DNA of 64,000 nt from Candidatus Thorarchaeota archaeon (GCA_048882045.1 JBHLRZ010000001.1:96001-160000), one strand, 5' to 3'; counted from the first letter of the stretch, positions 1 through 10,758 are shown. Numbers and translations are program-made. The notes: a model not told the origin generated them from the letters alone.

Positions 1-537
1 GACTTCTTGTAGTTGAACTGCAGCAAGATGTCGCAACTGAACAATGCTTTGGACAGACTCTTCGCAGTCCTCTGGGTGAACACAATCCAATGCTGGTCGG
101 AATGAAAAGATATCACTGTAAATTGTGGCCAAATCAGGTAGTTCTGATGCAGTGATGATAGGATTACTGATGAGCCACAGTTCGACTCCATGCTCTTTGA
201 GAGCTCCTGCAATAAGCTTGAAGTCACCATCGCCTGTAATCATCACGTATCTAGTGGTTTCTGGATAGTGCTTCAGATGATCCAGAATATATGCAGCCAT
301 CTTGTAATCGCTTGCATTGTCTTTGACATCAGGTACATGAATCAGGTCATATCCGATAGAGTATAGTTCCTCAGCCATCTGCCTTCGCAAGTCCCAATCA
401 GCAAATGCATACATCTTGACGATAGTCCCAGCCTGTCGAATGTGATTGGTCATAGAAAGATGTGTTGCTGACTCATCAGAAACATTCTCGACATCCCAAA
501 AGACAGCCATGTGTTGAGGGGTCTCCGTGGAGGTCAT
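1..537 (-). CDS. NYN-domain (LabA/DUF88-like, PIN-fold) protein, 3' end outside window
   Basis: Not in ORF track. Manual translation from ATG at 537 gives MTSTETPQHMAVFWDVEN...KDNASDYKM...VMITGDGDFKL, the acidic NYN motifs (FWDxEN, KxxxD, GDGDF); frame open to window edge. Confidence 0.85.
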   Translation of the reverse strand, partial: MTSTETPQHMAVFWDVENVSDESATHLSMTNHIRQAGTIVKMYAFADWDLRRQMAEELYSIGYDLIHVPDVKDNASDYKMAAYILDHLKHYPETTRYVMITGDGDFKLIAGALKEHGVELWLISNPIITASELPDLATIYSDIFSFRPALDCVHPEDCEESVQSIVQLRHLAAVQLQEV

Positions 538-681
538 GTTACTCACATTCCATTCAGTTATGGTGGTGGAAGCGCCTATATATGAGCCTGCTGCACCTCA
601 TAGGATTTCCAAAAGGCACATCGGAAATGCTATTTAGAGGATTAAAAGTGAGCGGACCAATCTATGACCAGGTGATATTTT

Positions 682-2088
682 TTGACTTCTAAAAAGAGGG
701 ATTCAAGCCACCCAGACATTCTTAGGATGACGAAGAGAGCATACCGTGAGTTACTCGCGCTCCTCCCAGAGGGAATAGGTATCACTGACCTTGATGAGAA
801 CCTTGTTTTTGTGAACGATGCATTTGCCAAGATGTTGGAATATGACTTAGAGGAACTCCAGGGGAAGAATGTGGCAGATTTAATCCCAGACGAGTATCAG
901 GACACTCTTCGTAATGCCACAGCCAGTAGATTGGAAGGCATTTCGTCAGCCTACGAGATAGGAATGATACGAAAGGGCAATGAACAGATTATGGTTCGTG
1001 TTTCAGCGGTTCCAAGACGTGATGAGGAAAACAATGTCATAGGAGCTATTGCAGTGGTCATTGATATTACAAAAGAACATTTTGTTGAAGATGAACTTCG
1101 TAAGCTTTCACGCGCTGTTGAGCAGAGTCCAACCTCAGTAGTCATAACAGATGCTGAGGCCAATATAGAATATGTCAATCCAACTTTTACTATTCTTACA
1201 GGTTATTCCCTTGATGAAACTCTGGGTGTGAATTCGAGGATTCTGAAATCAGGTCTAACACCTGAGGAAACCTATACAGAGTTATGGAAAACATTGAAAG
1301 AAGGTCTTGCGTGGAGGGGGCATTTTGTCAATAAAAAGAAGAATGGTGAACTCTATTGGGAAGATGCTTGGATATCACCCATATTCAGTCCTGATGGACA
1401 CATATCTCACTATGTGGCTGTCAAAGAAGATATCACTCAACGGATAATCACCGAGCAGAGGATTGCACAATCACACAGAGATCTGGAACTTTATGCATCC
1501 TTTTTGCAACATGATATTAGAAATGACCTTCAAATCATAATGAACCATATTGAAGCAGCGAAGCTCCTAGTGAACGGACAAAGTCCAACAAATCAGTACC
1601 TCGATATAGCTGAGGCTGCATCAGAGAGAATGGTCCATCTTCTCGATATCTTTGGAAGACCAGGTGCAGCAGATGATAGAAACCTCTTGAAGATACTTGA
1701 GAAGACGAAGGAACAAGCAGAAAAGACTCACTCAAACCTGAGTGTCAACATAACCTCAACAACGGAGGAAACCGAACTTAGGAGTGCTCGTTTGCTTCCG
1801 ATTGTTTTTGACAACTTACTACGTAACTCTGCGGAATATTCCAAAGGACACGTAAAGGTTTCAATCGAAATTTCACGGGAAAATGAGAGTATTCACATAA
1901 TTCTTAGTGATGACGGACCAGGCATAGACCACGACATTCGGAAAATCCTTTTCCAGAAAGGGACATCTACGACTGGGGGAGGATATGGGCTATACCTGTG
2001 TAGGAAAGTGATTGAGGGGTATGGAGGATCGATTGAACTCATCCCACAAGACATTGGAACAGCATATCAAATCATTCTACCTACTTGA
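682..2088 (+). CDS. PAS-PAS sensor histidine kinase
   Basis: Two PAS/PAC repeats (FVNDAF, YVNPTF..KKNGELYW), H-box QHDIRNDL, N-box NLLRNS, DDGPGI, GGYGLYL. Confidence 0.9.
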   Translation: MTSKKRDSSHPDILRMTKRAYRELLALLPEGIGITDLDENLVFVNDAFAKMLEYDLEELQGKNVADLIPDEYQDTLRNATASRLEGISSAYEIGMIRKGNEQIMVRVSAVPRRDEENNVIGAIAVVIDITKEHFVEDELRKLSRAVEQSPTSVVITDAEANIEYVNPTFTILTGYSLDETLGVNSRILKSGLTPEETYTELWKTLKEGLAWRGHFVNKKKNGELYWEDAWISPIFSPDGHISHYVAVKEDITQRIITEQRIAQSHRDLELYASFLQHDIRNDLQIIMNHIEAAKLLVNGQSPTNQYLDIAEAASERMVHLLDIFGRPGAADDRNLLKILEKTKEQAEKTHSNLSVNITSTTEETELRSARLLPIVFDNLLRNSAEYSKGHVKVSIEISRENESIHIILSDDGPGIDHDIRKILFQKGTSTTGGGYGLYLCRKVIEGYGGSIELIPQDIGTAYQIILPT

Positions 2089-2090
2089 AA

Positions 2091-3134
2091 TCAAGCAAAC
2101 TCGCTTGGAAGATGAATAGCGAACTCACAGGTATCATCCCCTTTAGTTAGCGATTTAACAATCTCTATATCAAGACGTCTTTCAAGAATTCCTTCCCAAA
2201 GCTGTTTTGGCCATCCAGCAGAACAGTTGCAGAAGATCTCAGGAGTTTTGTCGATGCAGTTTCTGATTAATGGGCAGAAACAATACGCTCTACGTCTTTC
2301 CTCGTCTTTTTCAGCCTTTTCATATGCATCCGGATTGGCAGGACCCTTTTCCGAGTAAATGATGTGGCCTTCTCTTCTTAGAAGCTTGGGATAGTATCCA
2401 CCCTTCTTCTTCATAGCGCTGATTACAGCATCCACGTTCCCTGTCAATTTGAATAGGTCCCGCATAGGTGGAATCAGATCTTCAGGAAAGACATGCGCAC
2501 AGTAAGATAGTATTTCGAATTGCTGCTGTTGGTCGGAATGACTTTCTAGGAGTTTCAATGATTTACATAAAGCATCTTGACGGTCAGATGCTGATGAGTC
2601 AACATCGAGTTCTTTCATCGGCTCAAATACTTTATCTTTGATTTCAGGACCTAAAACAGATTCCAGCTGAGATGTGAACCTCAATGTCCAATCATGAAGT
2701 ATTGATTGAATTTCAATGATTGTTTCTTCTGGGGTGGACATGTCCAGATTGTGGAAGACTTCTCTTGTTGACTCAGCTATAGGATGTCCTCTCTCGTAGG
2801 TGTATAGAGCAACCCTTCTATACGCATCATCAATCTCACTGTATGGTCCCTTATGAGTGGTTGTCATGGCTTCTCTTGGAGGAAGTTTAGCAATTACAAT
2901 CCCGTCTCTTTCGATTGGTTCATCTATCGGGATACACACATCCATATCACGACCGTCTTCATCACTGACACCCCAATGATTGACTACGATTGGGCTACCA
3001 ATCTCATGAGTTCCCACGATTTTTCTGATTCTGTCAAACTCATCTGGAAGATCCTTGACAGTTCCATGAATTCTGTTTATTGCTACCAAAATCTCGTTTA
3101 GTACTTTGTATTTGACGCCTGACTCGTAATCCAT
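2091..3134 (-). CDS. GyrI-like effector-binding domain fused to Cys-rich V4R/DUF6144-like domain
   Basis: HKGPYSEI..AY and REVF GyrI motifs; C-terminal YCFCP, FCNCSAGW, GDDTCEF. Confidence 0.7.
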   Translation of the reverse strand: MDYESGVKYKVLNEILVAINRIHGTVKDLPDEFDRIRKIVGTHEIGSPIVVNHWGVSDEDGRDMDVCIPIDEPIERDGIVIAKLPPREAMTTTHKGPYSEIDDAYRRVALYTYERGHPIAESTREVFHNLDMSTPEETIIEIQSILHDWTLRFTSQLESVLGPEIKDKVFEPMKELDVDSSASDRQDALCKSLKLLESHSDQQQQFEILSYCAHVFPEDLIPPMRDLFKLTGNVDAVISAMKKKGGYYPKLLRREGHIIYSEKGPANPDAYEKAEKDEERRRAYCFCPLIRNCIDKTPEIFCNCSAGWPKQLWEGILERRLDIEIVKSLTKGDDTCEFAIHLPSEFA

Positions 3135-3250
3135 AATCCATGATGATGCAGGAACTCTATATCAATCGCCAGTTCGTAGCAAGAAATCAGATATTACTTG
3201 ACTGGCCAACTTTAAGAGAGAGTAGCAGGTTTTATCGTTGGGTCATTTCC

Positions 3251-4693
3251 ATGAAGATAGAAGTGTGGAATTGGATATCAAAAAATGAGAAGAGAATCAT
3301 TGAAGCAAGTGATAAAATATGGCACCTTGCTGAGCTAGGGCTTGTTGAGGAGAAATCAGCAAAATATCTTGCAAAGTTACTTGAGGACGAGGGATTCTCA
3401 ATAGAGATGGGCGTCGCAGAAATGCCAACTGCTTTTGTTGGGACCTATGGAAAGGGAGCGCCTATTATCGGTTTCATGGGGGAGTATGATGCTTTACCCG
3501 GTCTTTCGCAAAAACCAGTTCCGTATCAGGAACCCATTGAAGAGGGGGCACCAGGACATGGTTGTGGTCACAATATTCATGGTGTGACTGGTGTGATGAG
3601 TGCGATAGCAACTAAAGTGCTATTGGAGAAACATGGACTCCAAGGAACTGTCAAGTTCTTCGGTACTCCTGCAGAAGAAACCTACAGTGGAAAAGTGTTC
3701 ATGGTCAGAGCTGGGTGTTTTGATGGAGTGGATGCTGTCCTCAGTCATCATCCAGGTAGTTTCAATGTGGCAGGTTTGGGAAGTACTCTGGCAATGAATT
3801 CAGCTAAGTTTCATTTCTATGGAAAGACTTCACATGCAGCTGCAACTCCATATGTCGGAAGGAGCGCACTCGATGCAGTGGAGCTGATGAATGTCGGTGT
3901 GAATTTTATGCGTGAGCACGTTGTCCAAGAGGCACGGGTGCACTATGTTATCGAAGAGGGAGGAATGCAGCCTAACGTTGTACCAGACTACGCTCGTACT
4001 TGGTACTATATCAGAGCTCCCGAAAGAGAACAGGTCGACCCGATCTATGAGTGGGTGCTAAAAATCGCTGAGGGTGCAGCTCTAATGACGCAGACAAAAC
4101 TGAAGGTGGAGTTCATCGAGGGCCTCAGTAATGAGCTACCGAGTAGGGGACTGAGTAGTCTCGTCATATCGAATATGAGAGAGATTGGGGCTCCAGAATA
4201 TACCGCAGAAGAGATGAAGTTTGCATCGGAAATGGCAAAGACGGTAACAAAGGAGGCAAAGATTGAACAACTGAGAGCTTCCAAACGTCCCGGATGGGAA
4301 AAATTGGTCGAAGATAATGTCCACATTGACCGCGAGATACACGACCCATGGGATGAGGATATTGTATGGCCAGGTTCAACAGACACTGGAGATGTCACGT
4401 GGATTGCGCCAACGATGGAGTTCAGTACAGCCGCAACCACTCTAGAAGCAGCAGGTCATGATTGGCAGTTCACTGCATGTTGTGGTATGAGCATCGGACA
4501 CAAGGCTCTGATCTTTGCCACAAAAGTCATGGCGGGTTCAGCAGTTGAACTGATGACAAAACCGGACTTGTTGAAGAAGATAAAGGATGAGCATGCTGAA
4601 CGAATGACTGGTAAGAAATACATCTGTCCAATTCCACCCGAGGTCAAACCACCCTTGGAAATCGCAAGGAAAGCAGCAGGTCTTGAAGATTAA
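3251..4693 (+). CDS. M20 family amidohydrolase (AbgB-like)
   Basis: EYDALPGL, GHGCGHN, GTPAEE, HPG, GSTD motifs; ATG 3251 preferred to the ORF-track start. Confidence 0.9.
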   Translation: MKIEVWNWISKNEKRIIEASDKIWHLAELGLVEEKSAKYLAKLLEDEGFSIEMGVAEMPTAFVGTYGKGAPIIGFMGEYDALPGLSQKPVPYQEPIEEGAPGHGCGHNIHGVTGVMSAIATKVLLEKHGLQGTVKFFGTPAEETYSGKVFMVRAGCFDGVDAVLSHHPGSFNVAGLGSTLAMNSAKFHFYGKTSHAAATPYVGRSALDAVELMNVGVNFMREHVVQEARVHYVIEEGGMQPNVVPDYARTWYYIRAPEREQVDPIYEWVLKIAEGAALMTQTKLKVEFIEGLSNELPSRGLSSLVISNMREIGAPEYTAEEMKFASEMAKTVTKEAKIEQLRASKRPGWEKLVEDNVHIDREIHDPWDEDIVWPGSTDTGDVTWIAPTMEFSTAATTLEAAGHDWQFTACCGMSIGHKALIFATKVMAGSAVELMTKPDLLKKIKDEHAERMTGKKYICPIPPEVKPPLEIARKAAGLED

Positions 4694-4805
4694 GCGTCAT
4701 TTAAGTCGAAATCATAGTGTTCACAATAGTGGAGTTGACCTGCAACAAATCTATATCCTTCAAATTGTAATGTTTTAGCAACCGCTTCGTGAGGTCGATA
4801 GTACT

Positions 4806-5933
4806 TTGAGAGAATGTCCTAAATGCCATCGACAGAATCAGCCTACACGAAAGTATTGCACTCGTTGCGGCGCGATTCTGATAGCAACAGATGACGCGCA
4901 ACCCCAAAAACCCGAACCAGTTGTTAAAGAAGCTCCAAAAGTGAGAGAAGCTCCATACAGTGAACCAACTCCTGCAATGGATGAACCTCTGGTCAGACCA
5001 AGCAGAGTTGAAACCGGTCGTATGAGACCTGCTGAACGACATGTTGAGAAGACAGAGCTTGAGAAAGCAAAGGAGGCGTTTGCCAAGGCTGAAGACGTTG
5101 GTATTGAAGAAGCGACAGGAGAGGGAATAGTTGAAACTAGAATGCTCAGAGCTAGTGAAGTTCGTGAGCTGATGGACAATGCAGCAAGTTGGGCTGAGAC
5201 TCAACCTCTTCAACCCAGTGGAGGAATGGATGGAACAGAAACACCAGCTCCTCCACCGATGCCAACATCAACGGATATCGAGAGAGGCATTCTAGGAGAG
5301 AAATCTGAATTTGTCGAGAAGCCTAAACCTGTCCCAGAACCGACGCTACCTCAGGCAGAAGTACCTGCTTCGCTTGCACCTGTAGGTCCACCTGGAGCAC
5401 CAGCTGCAGCTCCCAAACCTGCCCCCTCAATCCCGCCTTCACCTGCACCTGCAGTTAAACCAGTAGCAACTAAAACAGTTGACTCTCCTCCAGATGTCAA
5501 AGCTGAGATATGGGAGTACGAATCAAAGATTCCTGAGAGAGAGTTTCTTGATGATTTCAACATCAAGGGAATTCTTTCAGACCTGAAACATTCTCTTATG
5601 GAACTGAAACAGGCTGAAGCGGATCTTAGCTCTTGTTCTTCTCGTCATGATGAAACAGTAACACAGTACAAGAACGCTGCTGAGGTCAAGAGAATGAATT
5701 TTGAATCTCTTGAAGAACAGACCAAGCATGCAAAGGAAGAATGGAACGACGCGGAGAAGGAATTCCGTCTGGCTGATGATAGAAGAAAGAAAGAGCTCAG
5801 TAGCAGGGAAAAACGTGTCGAGAAGATACAGAAGCAGATCAGTAAATCGGAATCCATGATGGATAAACGTATCAAAGAGCTCAATAAGGAGAAGGAAAGG
5901 CGAGCTCAGGAAGAGGCAAAAAGATCATCATAG
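4806..5933 (+). CDS. Zinc-ribbon protein with Pro-rich linker and C-terminal coiled coil
   Basis: CPKC-x10-CTRCG at N-terminus; P/A-rich middle; K/E-rich heptad C-terminus. Confidence 0.75.
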   Translation: MRECPKCHRQNQPTRKYCTRCGAILIATDDAQPQKPEPVVKEAPKVREAPYSEPTPAMDEPLVRPSRVETGRMRPAERHVEKTELEKAKEAFAKAEDVGIEEATGEGIVETRMLRASEVRELMDNAASWAETQPLQPSGGMDGTETPAPPPMPTSTDIERGILGEKSEFVEKPKPVPEPTLPQAEVPASLAPVGPPGAPAAAPKPAPSIPPSPAPAVKPVATKTVDSPPDVKAEIWEYESKIPEREFLDDFNIKGILSDLKHSLMELKQAEADLSSCSSRHDETVTQYKNAAEVKRMNFESLEEQTKHAKEEWNDAEKEFRLADDRRKKELSSREKRVEKIQKQISKSESMMDKRIKELNKEKERRAQEEAKRSS

Positions 5934-6173
5934 CATTCTAAGTTTTCCCAAAGGATTGTTTCCTGAACACCCTGGGGAGCATCTTGAGTTCATAGATAAT
6001 ATTGCATCAGGGGCTGATGGAGTATTCCTTGATTTGGATTACAACAAGAGTGCTATGTGTAAATCCACGTTGTCTTGTAACTTCACATTGCGTAAATGAA
6101 GCATGGACATTCTGAATTAGAGCTGTATCACTTATCCAACGTCTTAATAACCGGTTTTGAGATAAGACATGAA

Positions 6174-7724
6174 GTGATTCAATTGCAAAGACACAAATTC
6201 GGAATTCTACTCTTACTTGTCCTTTTAAGTCCGATTCCAACAGTTTTCGTTGGCAATACAACACCTGATGTTTCTACATTTCAAATCAATACACCAGCTA
6301 ATGGAGTTAATCCGTTCGATAGAGGTCCTATGGTCGGAATGGTGACCAATGAATCAGCGGTTATATTCTGGCGAACAAATGTAACTACTAATGCAACACT
6401 CAGGTATGGACTAAACGCTTCAGTGTTATCAAGTATGGATAACACGACACTTGACACAGATCATTATTTCCACCTGACTGGACTCGACATTGATACTAAG
6501 TATTACTACCAAGCAGTGTCAAATGGTACAGAGAGCCCTGTCTATCATTTCCTTACAGCTCCGCCTGATGGAGAGGAATTTAAGATGATCGTCGTGGGAG
6601 ATAACAGGCCACGTACAGAAATCACCCAACCACCTGAGTGGGAACAGATTGCTCAAATGATAGCAGATGAACAGCCGCATATTGTCATTGCAACCGGTGA
6701 CTATGTCAGGGACGTAGAAGAAAACGTTGAAGACAATCTTGTTGCCTGGAACTATTTCACTGAGATAAATGACCTGATTGGTCATTATGCTCCAATATAC
6801 GCTGCAATTGGGAACCATGACAAAGCAAGAGGCGGTGGTCCGCTGCATTTGGAATACTTCTTTGACGCATTTGTCCAATATGGTGAACCTTCACCATACT
6901 ACTCATTTGATTATGCAGGTGTGCACTTCACTTTCTTGATGACCTATGAGCTTGGATTGGAATTGAAAATAGTTGGAGATCAACTCGCATGGCTTGAGAA
7001 TGATCTAGCAACCACGAATAAAACGATGAAGTTTGTAGTTGCACATGCTCCTTTATACCCAGTAGTGCATATTGATGATTCTCTCAATATTTATCCAGAG
7101 GAGAGAAATGCGCTACAGGCACTATTCGAAGAGTACAATGTTTCACTATATCTATGTGGACATGACCATCTGTACGATAGACTTACAGTTAATGGATTAA
7201 CTCAGGTCATTTCTGGAGGAGGAGGAGCTCCTCTGTATGACCATCCATTCTGGGGTGGAGGGTACCATCACTATACGAGGTCATTTGTGAGTGCAAGCCA
7301 CATAAACATCTCATCAATCAAATTAGATGGTTCAGTAGGTAATTATTACGAATTGCCCTATGATGGCCCAATCGAGATCAGACATCGTATTTATCCAAGT
7401 GGAAGCACACATCCTGTTGGAACTTTGCCAGTTATCTACTTCAGTGAAGTTCCTGTTGAGAAGTACTTCTCATGGGATTCAGGGGAGAACCAGACCGAGT
7501 TGACAGGAATTCCAAACGCTGATGGGAACCATACGTTGGATGTCTATGCTGTAAACGATGAAGGAGTATGGACGCATGAGGCATTCTTCTGGGTAGCAAC
7601 AGGTGCAACGACACCAACACCCACAGTTACAGGAGGCGCAATTGATCCGCTCCTCATCATTGGTGGCGTGGCAGTTGCAGGCGTAGTAGTTGTTGTTGCA
7701 GTATTTTGGTTCAGAAAAAAGTAG
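6174..7724 (+). CDS. Secreted, membrane-anchored purple-acid-phosphatase-like metallophosphoesterase with FN3-like N-domain
   Basis: Hydrophobic signal; GD, GDY, GNHD, H, GHDH motifs; Thr/Pro linker, TM helix and RKK tail; start approximate. Confidence 0.85.
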   Translation: MIQLQRHKFGILLLLVLLSPIPTVFVGNTTPDVSTFQINTPANGVNPFDRGPMVGMVTNESAVIFWRTNVTTNATLRYGLNASVLSSMDNTTLDTDHYFHLTGLDIDTKYYYQAVSNGTESPVYHFLTAPPDGEEFKMIVVGDNRPRTEITQPPEWEQIAQMIADEQPHIVIATGDYVRDVEENVEDNLVAWNYFTEINDLIGHYAPIYAAIGNHDKARGGGPLHLEYFFDAFVQYGEPSPYYSFDYAGVHFTFLMTYELGLELKIVGDQLAWLENDLATTNKTMKFVVAHAPLYPVVHIDDSLNIYPEERNALQALFEEYNVSLYLCGHDHLYDRLTVNGLTQVISGGGGAPLYDHPFWGGGYHHYTRSFVSASHINISSIKLDGSVGNYYELPYDGPIEIRHRIYPSGSTHPVGTLPVIYFSEVPVEKYFSWDSGENQTELTGIPNADGNHTLDVYAVNDEGVWTHEAFFWVATGATTPTPTVTGGAIDPLLIIGGVAVAGVVVVVAVFWFRKK

Positions 7725-7740
7725 CTATGAATCAGTAAGT

Positions 7741-7786
7741 TTCGATAGTAGGTGTTTCTACCTACTATCGAATTCGTTTATTTTTC
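7741..7786 (+). terminator. Hairpin + T-rich tract terminator
   Basis: Perfect 13-bp stem TTCGATAGTAGGT/ACCTACTATCGAA, 6-nt loop, then TTCGTTTATTTTT, just after stop at 7724. Confidence 0.7.
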
Positions 7787-7920
7787 AAAATCTTGCGCCA
7801 ATAATAAGCGAGTTTGTGGTACAGACCACGTTATAGGTCAAAGATTGTCCTGTTCTTATATTCATTCAGAGAGTGGTCAAACTACGTCATACGTACAATA
7901 TCAAAATGAGATGATGAAAC

Positions 7921-8532
7921 GTGAAGTTAGAAAAACGTGAATTTGGAGGATACCTACTCTTTATCGGAGGATTACAATGGTTCATTGGATTGCTTGCCGC
8001 CGAAGCATGGTATCCCGGATATAGTAGTCGCATAGACTATGTCAGTGAATTAGGCATTGGACCAACAGCGCTGTTGTATAATGCATCAATCTTTGTCCTG
8101 GGAGTGTGTGTAACCACAGCAGCATACTTCTTGCACAGAAGTGGAGTTGGGAAAACCATTCCGTTTCTCATTGGAATGGCAGGGATTGGAGCAATGGGAT
8201 TAGGAATCTTTCCAGGGTATCTCCAACCAATGCATAGCATCGCCACATTGATAGCAATATTTTTTGGTTCAATTTCAGCCATTGCATCGTACAAAATTCA
8301 GATGAAACCAATGGCGTACATCTCGGTGGTTCTAGGACTTGTTTCGTTGGGTTCTGCTATCCTCTTCTTTCCATACTTGGGCTTTCCAACGGGTTCGACT
8401 GTAACATTTCTTGGAATGGCCAAGGGATCACTGGAACGTTGGGCTATCTATCCACTAATCGCATGGCTCTTGGGTACAGGGAGTCATCTGACTGGAGTGT
8501 CAGGAGATCTGAATAAGTCTTCAGACCACTGA
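7921..8532 (+). CDS. DUF998-like membrane protein
   Basis: PGYS..YVSELG, multiple TM helices, G.LERW.IYP. Confidence 0.75.
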   Translation: MKLEKREFGGYLLFIGGLQWFIGLLAAEAWYPGYSSRIDYVSELGIGPTALLYNASIFVLGVCVTTAAYFLHRSGVGKTIPFLIGMAGIGAMGLGIFPGYLQPMHSIATLIAIFFGSISAIASYKIQMKPMAYISVVLGLVSLGSAILFFPYLGFPTGSTVTFLGMAKGSLERWAIYPLIAWLLGTGSHLTGVSGDLNKSSDH

Positions 8533-8722
8533 GAATAGGTAGTTTAGGATGATTGGTCCTTTCGATATTGAGTTGTTACGTAGTGCGTAACGGACATAAA
8601 GAAGGATTAATCATCTACAAATCTGAGTGGAGTGAAATCCAATGTCAGTTAGTTATAGAAGTCTTCTCTCTAAGACTCAAAAAACTTTCAATGAAAAAAT
8701 CTGGACTAGATTCTAAGGATTT

Positions 8723-9679
8723 GTGATGCCTGTGGTCGAGATACGATTCAATGGACTTAGCCAAGACGATTGTAAGAAACTTGCAATACTCAACATGGAA
8801 ACCAGAAAAGGAACACCTGTCGAATCCAATATGAGATTGGAGGAAGTAACCAAGAGTATCAAAAACCTATCAATAAGTGATGGGTATCGGACAGTGACTG
8901 CACATAAGGATGGGAGAATTGTAGGGTGGCTCTACTACTATATTCAATTCCCACTGATGACCTTCATCAATGGTTTCTATCCAGTAGTTGAATCAGGTTC
9001 TGAAGATGTCGCTCGAGCAATGATTGAGGCTTCCAAGAAAGAAACTGTAGAGAGGGGACATAACAGATTGGAGATAGAGCTGGTTTTCCCATCAGATGTT
9101 CACAGAGAGTACTCAAAGAGTCTTGTTGATCTCTATATTAAATGTGGATTCCAGTTCGCTGCTGAAGAAATACACATGAGATGTAATCTGAACGAATCTA
9201 TTATACCCGAGAGAAACCCACCTGAAGGATATACTCTGAGAATGTTCTTGGACACTCCATATGAAACACTAGAACAAGTGGGATATAGAACCCTGAAAGA
9301 CAGCAAGGAGGGTTTGTTTCTCTCCATGACCCACGATGAGCAGATGGTGACTCTGCAATATTTCTTTGATAAGGAAAAGTCCTACATAGACGATGCATCA
9401 TTGATTCTAGAGAGCAATGGTGAAATTATGGGATTCGTGATTACACGAATTGGAGATGATGATGAACCAGAGATTGGACCTATCGGACTTGTCCCTGAAG
9501 CTAGAGGTAAAGGACTTGGGAGTTTTCTGCTTGTACGTGCACTGAAGAGTTTGAAAGACTCAGGTTATACCTCAGTATCTCTTGACACAACTGTAACAAA
9601 TCATCCAGCTCAAAGACTCTACAGGAAATATGGGTTCGAAGATGTATACTATAAGCAGTTTTACTTTTGGTCACCGTAA
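8723..9679 (+). CDS. GNAT family N-acetyltransferase (tandem GNAT)
   Basis: VPEARGKGLG motif A and NHPAQRLYRKYGF motif B. Confidence 0.88.
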   Translation: MMPVVEIRFNGLSQDDCKKLAILNMETRKGTPVESNMRLEEVTKSIKNLSISDGYRTVTAHKDGRIVGWLYYYIQFPLMTFINGFYPVVESGSEDVARAMIEASKKETVERGHNRLEIELVFPSDVHREYSKSLVDLYIKCGFQFAAEEIHMRCNLNESIIPERNPPEGYTLRMFLDTPYETLEQVGYRTLKDSKEGLFLSMTHDEQMVTLQYFFDKEKSYIDDASLILESNGEIMGFVITRIGDDDEPEIGPIGLVPEARGKGLGSFLLVRALKSLKDSGYTSVSLDTTVTNHPAQRLYRKYGFEDVYYKQFYFWSP

Positions 9680-9752
9680 TCGTAAATTCGAACACGAAAA
9701 GTGCATACCATCATATAGCCGAAGCTCTATATCCTTGATGAGGCATGAACAA

Positions 9753-10280
9753 ATGTCCGAAGCCAAGAAGACAATCACTTTAGAAAGAAATGAACACCTC
9801 TCACCTCGAATAGGACAGCTCTATTCTATGATGGAGAGAACGCGTGAGAATCTACTAAGGCGTATAGAATCACTCTCAAAGGAAACGATTGACTTCACTC
9901 CAAAACCAAGGCTGATTGAATCTATTGGTACTCTGCTTATCCACATCGCGGCAATAGAATTTAGTTGGATCTTTGAGGATATTGTTGGGAAAGAGATGGA
10001 GTATGAGAAGTGGAAATATGGATTCTCTCTTAGAGAGAATATTGACCAAATAGAGGGAGAAGATGTCGAGTTCTATCTTTCTCGACTCAATGAAGTTCGA
10101 CGAGAGGTGTTCGACTTCCTGAAGACTCTTTCTGACAAAGATCTCGATTCACTAGTTGATGTGGAATCTGAAAAAGTGAGTGTGGAGTGGATCCTCTTTC
10201 ATCTTATTGAGCATGAAGCCATGCATATTGGGCAGGTTTCAGTTCTAATGAGATTGTGGAAAGCTCAAGATACAGCTTGA
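9753..10280 (+). CDS. DinB/YfiT family protein
   Basis: SIGTLLIHIA..E and HLIEHEAMHIGQ His triad; ATG 9753 avoids overlap with upstream gene. Confidence 0.85.
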   Translation: MSEAKKTITLERNEHLSPRIGQLYSMMERTRENLLRRIESLSKETIDFTPKPRLIESIGTLLIHIAAIEFSWIFEDIVGKEMEYEKWKYGFSLRENIDQIEGEDVEFYLSRLNEVRREVFDFLKTLSDKDLDSLVDVESEKVSVEWILFHLIEHEAMHIGQVSVLMRLWKAQDTA

Positions 10281-10470
10281 GATTCAAGAAAAACATTCGA
10301 AAGAGCCTTTGGAAATATAAGCGATCTAGAACAACACTTCTTTCATTATGGAAAATGATGTACAAACATTTGTCGGAATACAATCATGATGCACGTTTTG
10401 GATGAACATTTTCGGAAACCTCATATCAATCTGAATACATACGTTTAGGAGATAATCGCGAGGTGATTAT

Positions 10471-10758
10471 ATGAAATATATCGTATTCTGGGAGTATGAA
10501 CCAAAGGAGATTGACCAAGCTGTCAAGAAACTTGTAGCGTTTAGAGATATGATTAAGAAAGACCCTGACAAATATGCAAAACCCGTTACACCCAATTACA
10601 CTATGAGTGTCGGATTCAAGGGATTTCAACTGTTTGAAGCCACAGACCCTGAACAGCTTGCACGAATGGTGCTTCATTACAGACCAGAAGTGAAGTTTGA
10701 GATTGTGCACATCACTGAAACAAAGAAGACAATGAAAATCTACGATGAGTCAAAATAG
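10471..10758 (+). CDS. Small DUF3303/GYD-like protein
   Basis: MKYIVFWE, KGFQLFEA, strong GAGGTG RBS upstream. Confidence 0.6.
   Translation: MKYIVFWEYEPKEIDQAVKKLVAFRDMIKKDPDKYAKPVTPNYTMSVGFKGFQLFEATDPEQLARMVLHYRPEVKFEIVHITETKKTMKIYDESK

Noticed and set aside
8533-8722. Intergenic region as possible tRNA/sRNA
   Set aside because: Only a 6-bp hairpin (GTTACG/CGTAAC); no cloverleaf or T-loop motif
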